DNA from: Candidatus Marinacidobacterium sp.
GTDB lineage: Bacteria > Acidobacteriota > Vicinamibacteria > Marinacidobacterales > Marinacidobacteraceae
Assembly: GCA_965220965.1 (NCBI GenBank)
Contig: OZ244852.1
Span: 2,528,001 to 2,592,000 of the forward strand
Length of the DNA stretch: 64,000 bases
Reading direction: 5' to 3'
Under the pieces are notes generated by a model that saw only the letters and a program-made list of their open reading frames with translations, was not told where the DNA came from and did no database searches. Shown here piece by piece: positions 1-9,326 of the stretch; the stretch's first letter is position 1, and each line of letters opens with the position of its first letter. A program made the translations under genes and the position numbers.

Positions 1-29
1 TCCGGCTGCTCTCGGAGGATCCGGACACC

Positions 30-467
30 GTGAGCGCCGAGCGAGAAGCCGAGTCCGACCGGCGCGCCTCCCGCACCGACACCCACCTCCGCACCGGAGT
101 CGCCTTCGATGACGCCGGCGAGGTGCGCCGCGCCATCGAGTCCTACCGCCTCGCCCTCGAACAGGATCCGGCCCACCCGGAGGTCCGCTACCGCTTGGGA
201 CGGGCCCTCCACCGCTTCGGCGAGCGCGAGGCGCTTCTCCATTTCCTCGAGGCGGTGCGCGGCTGGGCCGCGATGGTCGAGGAAGGCGAGGACCTCCCGA
301 ACTTCGCCCGCCCCGCGCTGGAGGATGCTTGCACGGTCCTCACCGAGGAGAACCCACCCGACGCGGCGACCCTCTGCGACAGGGCGCTGCACCGATCCCC
401 TGAGCTTCGCCGCGGCCCAAGGAGGATCCTCGAACCTGACCACACCACCCTAGTCGAGTTCACCTAG
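30..467 (+). CDS. tetratricopeptide repeat protein
   Basis: TPR-like segment 'AIESYRLALEQDPAHPEVRYRLGRAL'; GGAGG upstream of GTG start. Confidence 0.7.
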   Translation: MSAEREAESDRRASRTDTHLRTGVAFDDAGEVRRAIESYRLALEQDPAHPEVRYRLGRALHRFGEREALLHFLEAVRGWAAMVEEGEDLPNFARPALEDACTVLTEENPPDAATLCDRALHRSPELRRGPRRILEPDHTTLVEFT

Positions 468-610
468 TTGGATGTCTGGGTGGCAGCGCGACCCCAGCAA
501 GCCCACGGTGATTCTCTGCGGTCTTCCCGCTCCCCGTCGCGATTCCACTTCTCCCCGCGTCTGCGGCTTTCAGTTCAGCGGGGTCAAGTGCAGTTCCCAG
601 TTTTGAGACT

Positions 611-3265
611 ATGTCCGCGCCTTTGAAATTCCTACCACTGGCTCGCATGTCGGAGCGAGTGAATCGCGACCGTCACGATTCCGACGTTGCGCTCTTCTTC
701 TCCCTCCTCCTTTACGGTGAGTGTCTTCTGAAGCTCGTAGTGGCAGGTATGGTGGCCATGATTCAGAACGATACGGATCTCACGCGCTACTCCTCTCTCT
801 ATCGTCTGGTCCGAGCTGATGGCCTCGGAGAGTGGATCGAAGAGCTCGCACATGCCCTAGTTGGCCCTCCTGCTCAGGTGCTCCATCCAGCCGCTCGCGA
901 CGCACAGAGGCAGCTGACACAGAAAGCTGCGGATGGATGGCGGCGAGAGGTCTATGACGGACTCTGTGAATGCATGTCAGCGCACAGCATCTCTGCCAGA
1001 GGCGTGTCTAGGCCATCTGCTCTGGATTGCCTCCGCCTTCTCCCGGAGATAAGGAACAAGACCCGCGGCCACGGCGCTTCGCGGTCGTCGCAGTGCGCGG
1101 ACGCGGCTCAGCCTCTCGAACGCTCTCTGACGCGTCTAGCGGAGGAGCTTGTGCTCTTTCGGATGACGTGGGTCTTTCTCCACCGGAATCTTTCTGGCAA
1201 GTACCGGGTCACGCCGCTGGCGGGTGCTCAGGATGTCGTGCAGCCTCTAGCCAGGGATCCGAATGCTGGAGATCACCGGAATGGTGTCTACCTCGCCCCC
1301 GGCGATCTGCGGAGTCTCAGGCGTGTTGAATTGGTCGAGTCCGACGCGGATGCTACGGACTTCTGGATCGCGAATGGCCAATTCGTGAACAACGAGTACG
1401 AGCTTCTGTCATATGTAACGAACGACAAGAAACGGCACTCAGCGACAGCCTACAGCACGCGACCAGCCGAGCTCGCGACAAGTCAGACACAAGGCTTCCC
1501 GGAGTTAGATGCGATTTCGGGGTGCTTTACCAACTTGCCTCAACCTCCAGCAGAGTATGTCGACCGTCACGACCTCCAAGCCACGCTGCGTGACATGCTC
1601 CGCATGGAGCGACACGAAGTCGTGACTCTCAAGGGGTCTGGCGGAGTCGGCAAGACAACGCTCGCTCTGCGTGTCCTGCACGCTCTGGTCCGTGAAGACG
1701 ATTGCCGATTTACTACGGTCTTGTGGTTTAGCGCACGCGATGTTGACCTGTTGCCATCCGGCCCGCGACCTGTCCGACCGGAAGTGGTCACGCTTGACGA
1801 CGTGTCCTCTCGGTACGCGTCTCTCGTGGGCCCACCACGTGAGGACTCGCGCAGGGCGGGAGAGACGAGACGACAACGAGCACAAAGGGCCCGCGATGCG
1901 TTGCAGGCCGGTCTAGCGCAGGGAGAAATCGGGCCCACCCTCTTTGTCTTCGACAATTTCGAGACAGTGGACACACCTGCTGAATTCTATCAGTGGCTCG
2001 ACCGGCACATTAGGTCGCCGAACAAGGTTCTGATAACTACACGAATCAGGGACTTCAAGGGAGATTACCCTGTTCATGTTGGCGGACTGCACGATTCTGA
2101 GGCAATCGAACTTGTAGATACGGTTGCCAAGTCTCTGAGAATCACTCACCTCATCGGCCCTAGCTATCGTAGCGAGCTCTTGAAGGCATCGTACGCACAC
2201 CCGTATGTCATCAAGATTCTCTTGGGCGAGGTCCAAGCGGCACAAAGGGCAGTGAAGCCAAGGAGGATAATCGCTAGTCAGGATGAAGTACTGACGGCAC
2301 TGTTCGAGCGCACGTACAACAAACTGTCGCCAGCGGCGCGAAAGGTGTTCCTTACCCTCGCTAACTGGCGATCGGCCGTTCCTGAACTTGCGCTAGAGGC
2401 TGTGCTCTTGAGGTCCGCCAAAGAAGGCTTTGACGTCGAGGACGCTCTGGAGGAACTGTATCGGTACTCGCTGGCCGAGGCTGAGGCGTCGACATCAGAC
2501 GATCAGGGTTTTGTCGTAATGCCGCTCGCGGCAGCTGAGTTTGGCCGCAGGAAGCTCCGCGTGAGCCCTCTCAAGTCGGCGGTTGAAGTGGACACAGAGT
2601 GGTTGCGACTCTTCGGTCCGACGCAGCGAGAAGATGTTCGTCACGGCGTGACTCGAAGTCTGCGGAGATTGATGAAGCATATTGCTGAGGAGGTGTCAGT
2701 CGGTCGACGCAGCGTGGAGGAATATGTGCCGACACTGGAGTTCATGGCGCGACGAGTGCCAGACCTGTGGCTTGACATGGAACGCATGTACTCGGAACTA
2801 GAGCCCGGCGCGATTTCCAAGAGGCGGAGATGTCTGCGCCAATACTTGGAGGTTGCATATGAGAAGAAGCAAGCTCTCTTGGTATGGCAACGGTTGAGGA
2901 AGCTCTGTGCGGAGGATAGTGACCAGAAAGGTGAGGTGCACGCGCTGGTGGAGATTTGCGAGGCTCCGGGAGTGGCGGCGCATGAGATTAGTGCAGCCGC
3001 AAACCGATTGAACTCAATACTCAAAAGGCGGCAGGGCGTGGTTCCAGATCTCGACAGTGAAGAGAGGAATGGCATGCTTCGACGCGTGGCCAAGAGGATG
3101 GAGAGGGTTGCGGCAAGTCTCGATGCCGATGATTTCTCAAGATTGGGATGGCTGTACGTCCAGCTCGACATGAAGCAGGAGGCGGTCGATAGCGCCCGGA
3201 GGGGGCTTGAACGAGATGCCGACAATGTGCATTGCGTGGGGTTGCTCGAGAAATTCTCACCCTGA
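611..3265 (+). CDS. NB-ARC/STAND NTPase (NLR-like) with N-terminal putative HEPN domain and C-terminal helical/TPR repeats
   Basis: Walker A GSGGVGKT, Walker B LFVFDNFE, sensor KVLITTR, wHTH-like 'YNKLSPAARKVF', TPR-like C-terminus; N-terminal RNKTRGH; visibly lower GC than host genes. Confidence 0.85.
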   Translation: MSAPLKFLPLARMSERVNRDRHDSDVALFFSLLLYGECLLKLVVAGMVAMIQNDTDLTRYSSLYRLVRADGLGEWIEELAHALVGPPAQVLHPAARDAQRQLTQKAADGWRREVYDGLCECMSAHSISARGVSRPSALDCLRLLPEIRNKTRGHGASRSSQCADAAQPLERSLTRLAEELVLFRMTWVFLHRNLSGKYRVTPLAGAQDVVQPLARDPNAGDHRNGVYLAPGDLRSLRRVELVESDADATDFWIANGQFVNNEYELLSYVTNDKKRHSATAYSTRPAELATSQTQGFPELDAISGCFTNLPQPPAEYVDRHDLQATLRDMLRMERHEVVTLKGSGGVGKTTLALRVLHALVREDDCRFTTVLWFSARDVDLLPSGPRPVRPEVVTLDDVSSRYASLVGPPREDSRRAGETRRQRAQRARDALQAGLAQGEIGPTLFVFDNFETVDTPAEFYQWLDRHIRSPNKVLITTRIRDFKGDYPVHVGGLHDSEAIELVDTVAKSLRITHLIGPSYRSELLKASYAHPYVIKILLGEVQAAQRAVKPRRIIASQDEVLTALFERTYNKLSPAARKVFLTLANWRSAVPELALEAVLLRSAKEGFDVEDALEELYRYSLAEAEASTSDDQGFVVMPLAAAEFGRRKLRVSPLKSAVEVDTEWLRLFGPTQREDVRHGVTRSLRRLMKHIAEEVSVGRRSVEEYVPTLEFMARRVPDLWLDMERMYSELEPGAISKRRRCLRQYLEVAYEKKQALLVWQRLRKLCAEDSDQKGEVHALVEICEAPGVAAHEISAAANRLNSILKRRQGVVPDLDSEERNGMLRRVAKRMERVAASLDADDFSRLGWLYVQLDMKQEAVDSARRGLERDADNVHCVGLLEKFSP

Positions 3266-3646
3266 TGGCCGTTGCCGAGACAATTGTCTTCTTTCCGTGA
3301 ACCCAACTTGGGTCGGTCCCGCGCGACGGGCGGGATCTGGCAACTGCCGGAGGGCCGATCTGTCCCGGGATCCTTGCTGAGCCACTCATCCCAGAGTCGA
3401 CGGCCACTTACTTCGGAGTGGCTCCTCGCCTGCGGAGGTGCCGGTGGTGCTTCCCCAATGGGTTCCGAGCCGGCCGATACAATCCGGTCATCGGATGGAC
3501 AGGATCGCCGATGCCAGCCTTCTGGCTCGCTTCGAGTCAGCTTGGCTACGGCTTCGGTGAGCCTGTGACACGCCGTGGCACACCTTGACGATGGAATTCA
3601 GGTCAGGACCGGCTCCGAAGCTTCGGGGAGCCGGGGGAGGGATCCC

Positions 3647-4792
3647 GTGCCGCGCCGCTCGCTTTTTCAGTCCACCCCGGAAGTGCTCCGGACGGATGTT
3701 CCGGCTGCCGCCGTGAGGCCGTTCGGGCTCCCGGCCCCGACCGCCTTCCGCTTCATCGACCTGTTCGCCGGGATCGGTGGGATGCGCCTCGGGTTCGAGA
3801 GCATCGGAGGCCGCTGCGTCTTCACCAGCGAGTGGAACCGGTTCTCGCAGGAGACCTACCGGGCGAATCACGGTTCCGATCACCCGGTCGTCGGCGACAT
3901 CCGGGGCGTCCCGGTTGGGGAGATCCCGGAGCACGACGTCCTTCTCGCGGGCTTCCCCTGCCAGCCGTTCTCCATCGCCGGGGTGTCGAAGAAGAACGCC
4001 CTGAAGCACCCTCACGGCTTCCGCTGCGAGTCCCAGGGCACGCTGTTCTTCGACATCGCCAGGATCATCGATCACCACCGCCCGCAGGCCTTCCTGCTGG
4101 AGAACGTGCGGAACCTTCTGAGCCACGACCGGGGCCGGACCTTCGGGATCATCCGCGCGACCCTCGAGGAGGATCTCGGCTACCAGATCTCCTGCCGGGT
4201 GATCGACGCCCGCTCCTTCGTTCCGCAGCACCGGGAGCGCATCTTCATCGCCGGCTTCCGCGAGGAGAACCCGTTCTCGCTGGAGGACCTCCACATCCCG
4301 CCCGGATCCGACGGTCCGCGGCTGCGGACCATCCTTCACCCCGAGGACGGGTCCGAGGTCGCCGAGCCCCCCTACACCGTGGAGCCGCAGGCGAAGGTCT
4401 CGCCGCGCTACACGCTGACCGAACACCTCTGGGGCTACCTTCAGGCCTACGCCGAGAAGCACCGGAGCCGCGGGAACGGCTTCGGCTTCGGGCTGGTCGG
4501 GCGCGGCGATGTCAGCCGGACCCTGTCCGCCCGCTACTACAAGGACGGGTCGGAGGTCCTGATCCGTCGCGCTGGCGGAGGGCGGCCGCGTCGCCTGACC
4601 CCCCGTGAGTGCGCCCGGCTCATGGGGTTCGACCGGCCCGGTCACCCGCCGTTCGAGATTCCGGTCTCGGACACCCAGGCGTACCGCCAGTTCGGCAACG
4701 CCGTCGTGGTTCCGGTCGTGGAAGCGGTCGCCGCGCACATGAAGCCCTGGTTACGGGCGGAGGAGAAGACAGCCAGACAGAGTGCCGCCTGA
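3647..4792 (+). CDS. dcm: DNA (cytosine-5)-methyltransferase, Dcm/M.EcoRII-like
   Basis: Motifs [45 protein letters not shown]; GTG 3647 after GGAGG chosen over 3575. Confidence 0.93.
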   Translation: MPRRSLFQSTPEVLRTDVPAAAVRPFGLPAPTAFRFIDLFAGIGGMRLGFESIGGRCVFTSEWNRFSQETYRANHGSDHPVVGDIRGVPVGEIPEHDVLLAGFPCQPFSIAGVSKKNALKHPHGFRCESQGTLFFDIARIIDHHRPQAFLLENVRNLLSHDRGRTFGIIRATLEEDLGYQISCRVIDARSFVPQHRERIFIAGFREENPFSLEDLHIPPGSDGPRLRTILHPEDGSEVAEPPYTVEPQAKVSPRYTLTEHLWGYLQAYAEKHRSRGNGFGFGLVGRGDVSRTLSARYYKDGSEVLIRRAGGGRPRRLTPRECARLMGFDRPGHPPFEIPVSDTQAYRQFGNAVVVPVVEAVAAHMKPWLRAEEKTARQSAA

Positions 4793-5240
4793 CATCGTTT
4801 CGCCTGCGACGAGGAGCCGCATGATGGCCGGGATCCGGGGCAGAAACACGAAGGTCGAGGTGCGCCTCCGGAAGGCGCTGTTTGCACGCGGGCTCCGCTA
4901 CCGCATCCACGTGCGGGATCTGCCCGGGCGGCCGGATGTCGTGCTTCCCCGCTACCGCGCCGTGGTCATGATCCACGGCTGCTTCTGGCACGGCCACGAC
5001 TGCGAGCTCTTCCGTCTTCCGGGGACGCGCACCGCCTGGTGGAAGAGCAAGATCGACCGGAACCGCGAGCGTGACCGCGAGGTCGAGCGGGCGCTGCGGG
5101 AGACGGGCTGGCGGATCGCGCACGTGTTCGAGTGCGCCATCCGGGGCAAGGTGCGGCGTCCCGTCGAGATCGTGGCTGCGGAAGTGGCCCGCTGGATCCG
5201 AAGGGAGTCCCCGGCACAGGAGATCCTGGTGCTGCCATGA
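4782..5240 (+). CDS. vsr: very short patch repair endonuclease
   Basis: '[23 protein letters not shown]', 'LPGRPD', 'HGCFWHGH'; overlaps dcm stop. Confidence 0.95.
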   Translation: MPPDIVSPATRSRMMAGIRGRNTKVEVRLRKALFARGLRYRIHVRDLPGRPDVVLPRYRAVVMIHGCFWHGHDCELFRLPGTRTAWWKSKIDRNRERDREVERALRETGWRIAHVFECAIRGKVRRPVEIVAAEVARWIRRESPAQEILVLP

Positions 5241-6475
5241 GCATGTCGATCGCGGTCATGGACCGCTGGCTGGCGCGGCTCACCGAGCGCGATGTCGTCG
5301 TCTACGTCAAGCGGCTCTCCGCCAACGACACGAGCAGAACCGGAGGCCACCAGGCGGGCACGTATCTGCCGAAGGCCTTGACCTTCCGCGTGGTTCCGGG
5401 CCTGGACCGCCGGGCCGAGCTCAATCCGCGCGAGCCGGTCGCCGTTCGCGTGGTCGCTCCCGGCAATGGCCGGACCGATGGCAACCTCATCTACTACAAC
5501 AACAAACGACGCACACCCGAGGGCACCAGGGACGAGACCCGCATCACGGGCTTCGGCGGCGAGGGCTCCCCGCTGCTGGATCCCGAGAACACCGGAGCGC
5601 TCGTCATCTTCGCGTTCGTCCGAGGGTCGGACGGTCTCACCTGCGAAATCTGGGTGTGCCGCAACTCGACCGAGGAGGACCGGCTCGAGTGCTACATCGG
5701 TGAGGTGGAGCCCGGGGCGGCCGCGATCTGGGAGCCCCGCGCCAACGTGCTCGAGGTCCTGCGGAAGTCGGCTGGAACTTCCTGCGTTCTCAGTCCCGAC
5801 CAGATCCCGGAAACATGGATGACCGAGTTTCCGACGGGCGCCGAGATCATCGCCAAGACGCTGGAACTGCTTCCGGGGAAGGGGCTGGGGCCGGATGACC
5901 GCCTCGTCCGGCGGCGCGCCTGCGAATACGAGGTCTTCCGCAGTCTGGAGCAGGTCCGCGAGATGCCGGCGATCCGGGAGGGCTTCCGGACGCTCGACGC
6001 GTTCGTCGATCTGGCCCAGACCGTCCTGCAGCGAAGGAAGGCGCGTTCAGGACGCTCCTTCGAGCTCCACGTGAAGGCCGTTCTGGAGGAGGAAGGCTTC
6101 GTCGAGGGTCGCGACTTCGGCTACAACATCGAGTCCGAACCGCGTCGCCGTCCGGACTTCCTCTTCCCCTCGACCGAGGCCTACCGGGACCCCTCGTTCC
6201 CCGCTGATGGGCTCGCGATGCTCGGAGTGAAGACGACCTGCAAGGACCGCTGGCGGCAGATCCTCAACGAGGCGAAGTCGGACCGCATCCCTACGAAGCA
6301 CCTGATCACCCTACAGGAGGGGGTCACGGAGAAGCAGCACGAGGAGATGGCGCGCTCCGGCGTCCGGCTCGTCGTGCCGAGCTCGCTCCATCACGCCTAT
6401 CCGGAGGTCGTCCGGCCTCGTCTGATGACACTGCGGGATTTGCTCAGCCATCTTCGCACCGTTCGTTGCCGCTGA
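5237..6475 (+). CDS. type IIE restriction endonuclease, EcoRII-like (N-terminal B3-like effector domain + catalytic domain)
   Basis: 'KRLSANDTSRTGGHQAG', 'RRKARSGRSFELH', 'PDFLFP', 'KTTCKDRWRQILNE'; ATGA overlap with vsr stop. Confidence 0.9.
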   Translation: MSMSIAVMDRWLARLTERDVVVYVKRLSANDTSRTGGHQAGTYLPKALTFRVVPGLDRRAELNPREPVAVRVVAPGNGRTDGNLIYYNNKRRTPEGTRDETRITGFGGEGSPLLDPENTGALVIFAFVRGSDGLTCEIWVCRNSTEEDRLECYIGEVEPGAAAIWEPRANVLEVLRKSAGTSCVLSPDQIPETWMTEFPTGAEIIAKTLELLPGKGLGPDDRLVRRRACEYEVFRSLEQVREMPAIREGFRTLDAFVDLAQTVLQRRKARSGRSFELHVKAVLEEEGFVEGRDFGYNIESEPRRRPDFLFPSTEAYRDPSFPADGLAMLGVKTTCKDRWRQILNEAKSDRIPTKHLITLQEGVTEKQHEEMARSGVRLVVPSSLHHAYPEVVRPRLMTLRDLLSHLRTVRCR

Positions 6476-6509
6476 GATTCGACAACTGAAGTCTGGAGCG
6501 GTCTCCCCT

Positions 6510-7487
6510 TTGGACATGCAGCTACCTGCTCACCCCTTTACCAAGGAGGTTATCGATACTCGGTACTCTGAAATCTCCGAATACATGGACGCCCTCGGCT
6601 ACACAGGACCCGTACACTCACGGCGAGCCCTCCTGTTTGCCGTGTCTCAATCGGAAGAGATATGTGAACCCATCGGCGCCTCGCTCTCCAGAAACCTGCC
6701 GATGACGGAGTGTTTCAACGATCTGAGTGATTCCTGTGAAGTAATGCAGTGTGGCTTCCATAAGCTGTCCGTCGCAGCACTGCGGCTTGGTCTTGAGGAT
6801 GGTCTCATGGCGGCGTATTGGCGCTCCCTCGGTCACAACCACCCCGACTTCACGCGCTGGTTGCACTCAAGGGCGAGGACACCCCAGCACAATCAGCGTC
6901 TCTGGCAACACCTCCTCAGTCACGAAGGTGTTCGTCAAGTCGAGCAGGCCGTCGGCTTAAGGGAAGAGGCAGAGCAGGTCTGGGACACTCTCAACGCGTA
7001 TGTGCATACCCGCGGATGGAAACATTCAACGATGTCCGACGGACGGAGGGCTTGGGCCGCGCAGAACACGAATGCCAACGTTGAGGAATGGTATGGCCTG
7101 TTCGATCGTGTTACGAGGCTCGTTGTCCTGCTTCAGTTGCTGGTGCGACCCGCTCTCTGTCTCCAACCCATATATTCGACTCTGGTTCGAAAATTCGGCG
7201 CGTCGGATCACTTTCCTTTCTGCGGCGTCCTGTTTTCTGATTGTGCGGACAGCATCATCGAGTGTGTTGGCGCTTCCGAATACGAGTTGGCGAGCGATAT
7301 CGCGAAGCGAAGCCCTGAGTACAAGCGAGTGCGCGAATCCATTACACAGATGCCGGACTTGACGTGGGAGATCGTTGAGCAGCGACAGCGCAATATGTGG
7401 CGGTCAATGGATCTCGACGACACACGCATTCGGGCTTACATTGACGAAGCGAAGAAGATCTTGCAGAGTGCGCATCGTGAGAGTTGA
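6510..7487 (+). CDS. hypothetical protein, HEPN-like helical fold suspected
   Basis: 325-aa lower-GC ORF; 'ALRLGLE..AAYW' and 'WDTLNAYVH' resemble the R..LE / Y..LS..VH pattern of divergent HEPN families. Confidence 0.6.
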   Translation: MDMQLPAHPFTKEVIDTRYSEISEYMDALGYTGPVHSRRALLFAVSQSEEICEPIGASLSRNLPMTECFNDLSDSCEVMQCGFHKLSVAALRLGLEDGLMAAYWRSLGHNHPDFTRWLHSRARTPQHNQRLWQHLLSHEGVRQVEQAVGLREEAEQVWDTLNAYVHTRGWKHSTMSDGRRAWAAQNTNANVEEWYGLFDRVTRLVVLLQLLVRPALCLQPIYSTLVRKFGASDHFPFCGVLFSDCADSIIECVGASEYELASDIAKRSPEYKRVRESITQMPDLTWEIVEQRQRNMWRSMDLDDTRIRAYIDEAKKILQSAHRES

Positions 7488-7520
7488 CACAGGGCGCCGG
7501 CAGCGCGAGGAAAGGAACAG

Positions 7521-7591
7521 ACACGCGCATGGGCGCGGTCGCGTCCACGTTCGTAGCGGGTCGTGTGGACGTGCTACCGCGGTGTGCGTGT
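7521..7591 (+). terminator. long imperfect hairpin between convergent genes
   Basis: ACACGCGCAT..CGCGGT.GCGTCCAC pairs with GTGGACGT..ACCGCG.GTGTGCGTGT, with G-U pairs on the + strand. Confidence 0.4.
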
Positions 7592-7636
7592 ATGTTGCCG
7601 CCGGCGCGGCATGGGCGTGAGTCGTTAAGACCGTTG

Positions 7637-8887
7637 TCATTGGTTCGTCCTGTAGAGCGCTGAGGCGATGTGCTCAACGTCTTTTCGAGCAACTCCGGCG
7701 ACGCGCATCGTTTCCGTCCAGGACGACTCTACCCGGGCGAACACGCGGTCCAGGATGGTCTCGGCGTCAGGGCGGGAGAGCTGGAACCTCCCGGCGCCGC
7801 TCAGCAGGTTCTCCCGGGTCGCCGCTCTTCCTCGCAGACCGCACTCCATGGCGAGGAACGGCGGCTCCCGCGAGATGGACGGTGTCGGCGTCAGGTCGTA
7901 GACCGGGCTGAGCCGCCATCCGGCGCCGTCGCCGAGGAGCGCGTGGTTCCTCGGGTGGTCGTCGGTGTTGCTCACCGCGGCGTTGAAGCACATCCGGGCG
8001 AAGAGTTCGCGCAGATCGTCTCCCGGCGTGCGGCTCGCCCGCCGGACTTCGTCCGCCAGCAGCAGGTAGGACCACCGGGCGCGCGCCGTGGCGCTCTCCT
8101 CGGCACGCAGGAGCGTCAGGCCGCTGACGAAGCGCGAACGGAGGAAGCCGCCGTCGGTCCCGGATCGGTCGAAGCGGCGGACGAGAAGCACCGAGCGCCC
8201 GCCGGCCGTCTCGAGCCGGCTCTCCGGGGCCTGCAGCCCGCACTGCGCTGCGAGCCGCAGGAGGGCGTACTCGACCCGGGGCTCGTCCCAGCGGTCCTCC
8301 GGGCGTCCGAACTTGGCGAGCCAGAGTTCCCCCTGGTCCTGCACCGTGATCTTGGGCCGGGCGCCACCGAGCGAGCTCCCGGGGAGAAGCACGTCGCGCA
8401 GCGGGTCCTCCCGGGCGTGGCGCTCGTCCCGGGCGACCCGTTCCACGGCGTGAACCAGCTCTTCCAGCGCCGGGATATCCGGAAACTCCGGCGCTGTGGA
8501 CGAGAGCGACGCGCCCGGTCCGAACCCGAGCGCTCCCACCCGGTCCGCGTCCCCCCGCTGCAGGTAGTCGAACTCCTCCAGCGGTGACCGGCCGAGCCTC
8601 CGTTCGATCAGCCTTCGGCCCCACGCGTCGGGCATCGCATCGCGGATCGCCCCGAAGAACCCCTCGAGACGCACCGTCTCACGCATCCGGGGTTCGAGGA
8701 TGATCTCCACCGGGTCGAGCTCCACCGCGTCCGGGCGGTCGAGATACGAGCGTCCGTAGACGAACTCCCCGCGCCAGATCCCATCAGGCGTCCGAGCCAC
8801 CCGGAACCTTCCGGCGACCGTGAACTCCGTCTCGCCGGGCAGGACGATGTGGACGAACGCCTCGCGCCGCTTGCGCTCAGAAGTCAT
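7637..8887 (-). CDS. hipA: HipA-family Ser/Thr kinase toxin
   Basis: 'PDAWGR', 'SLGGARPK', 'WLAKF', 'RRFDR', 'NTDDHPRNH', 'LSPVYD'. Confidence 0.92.
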   Translation of the reverse strand: MTSERKRREAFVHIVLPGETEFTVAGRFRVARTPDGIWRGEFVYGRSYLDRPDAVELDPVEIILEPRMRETVRLEGFFGAIRDAMPDAWGRRLIERRLGRSPLEEFDYLQRGDADRVGALGFGPGASLSSTAPEFPDIPALEELVHAVERVARDERHAREDPLRDVLLPGSSLGGARPKITVQDQGELWLAKFGRPEDRWDEPRVEYALLRLAAQCGLQAPESRLETAGGRSVLLVRRFDRSGTDGGFLRSRFVSGLTLLRAEESATARARWSYLLLADEVRRASRTPGDDLRELFARMCFNAAVSNTDDHPRNHALLGDGAGWRLSPVYDLTPTPSISREPPFLAMECGLRGRAATRENLLSGAGRFQLSRPDAETILDRVFARVESSWTETMRVAGVARKDVEHIASALYRTNQ

Positions 8888-9218
8888 TGTCGAGCTCAGT
8901 GCGTCGCCGGGCGCGGCGCGGCGCGCGGGCCCGCTCCAGCGCCTTGCCCTCTTCGTCCCGGTCGGGGTCGGCCAGCGTCCGCGCGTCCTCCAGAAGGCCG
9001 AGCGCCCACAGGGCCCCGAGGACGGCGGCAGTCGAGACGCCAGGCCGGCCCCGCTCGATAGCCGCGACCGTGAATCGGGACACCCCGATCCGCTCGGCCA
9101 GATCGGCCATGCGCAGGTTGCGGCGCAGGCGCGCTATCCGGATGTTGCGGCCGAGGCGGAGGAGGGCCGCCTCGACTGCGGCGGGGGGCGCCTCCACGAT
9201 GGCGGATCGGTTCGGCAT
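8877..9218 (-). CDS. XRE/HTH antitoxin (HipB-like)
   Basis: 'RIARLRRNLRMADLAERIGVSRFTVAAIERG' HTH; overlaps hipA start. Confidence 0.88.
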   Translation of the reverse strand: MPNRSAIVEAPPAAVEAALLRLGRNIRIARLRRNLRMADLAERIGVSRFTVAAIERGRPGVSTAAVLGALWALGLLEDARTLADPDRDEEGKALERARAPRRARRRTELDNDF

Positions 9219-9224
9219 GATCGA

Positions 9225-9259
9225 TTCAGCATGATTCTATGGCTCTTGTGCATGCTGAA
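9225..9259. promoter_or_regulatory. hipBA promoter/operator inverted repeat
   Basis: TTCAGCATG-N17-CATGCTGAA flanking a minus-strand -10 TAGAAT (9234-9239). Confidence 0.65.
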
Positions 9260-9326
9260 ATCATCATGGGAGTCGCTCGGCGACGTCCGATGACGGCGCG
9301 CCGGCCGGTCCGCCCTTAGGGCGCGC

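Noticed and set aside
7488-7636. Possible integron attC site after the low-GC orphan
   Set aside because: A hairpin is present but there are no proper RYYYAAC/GTTRRRY ends and no integrase in the window.
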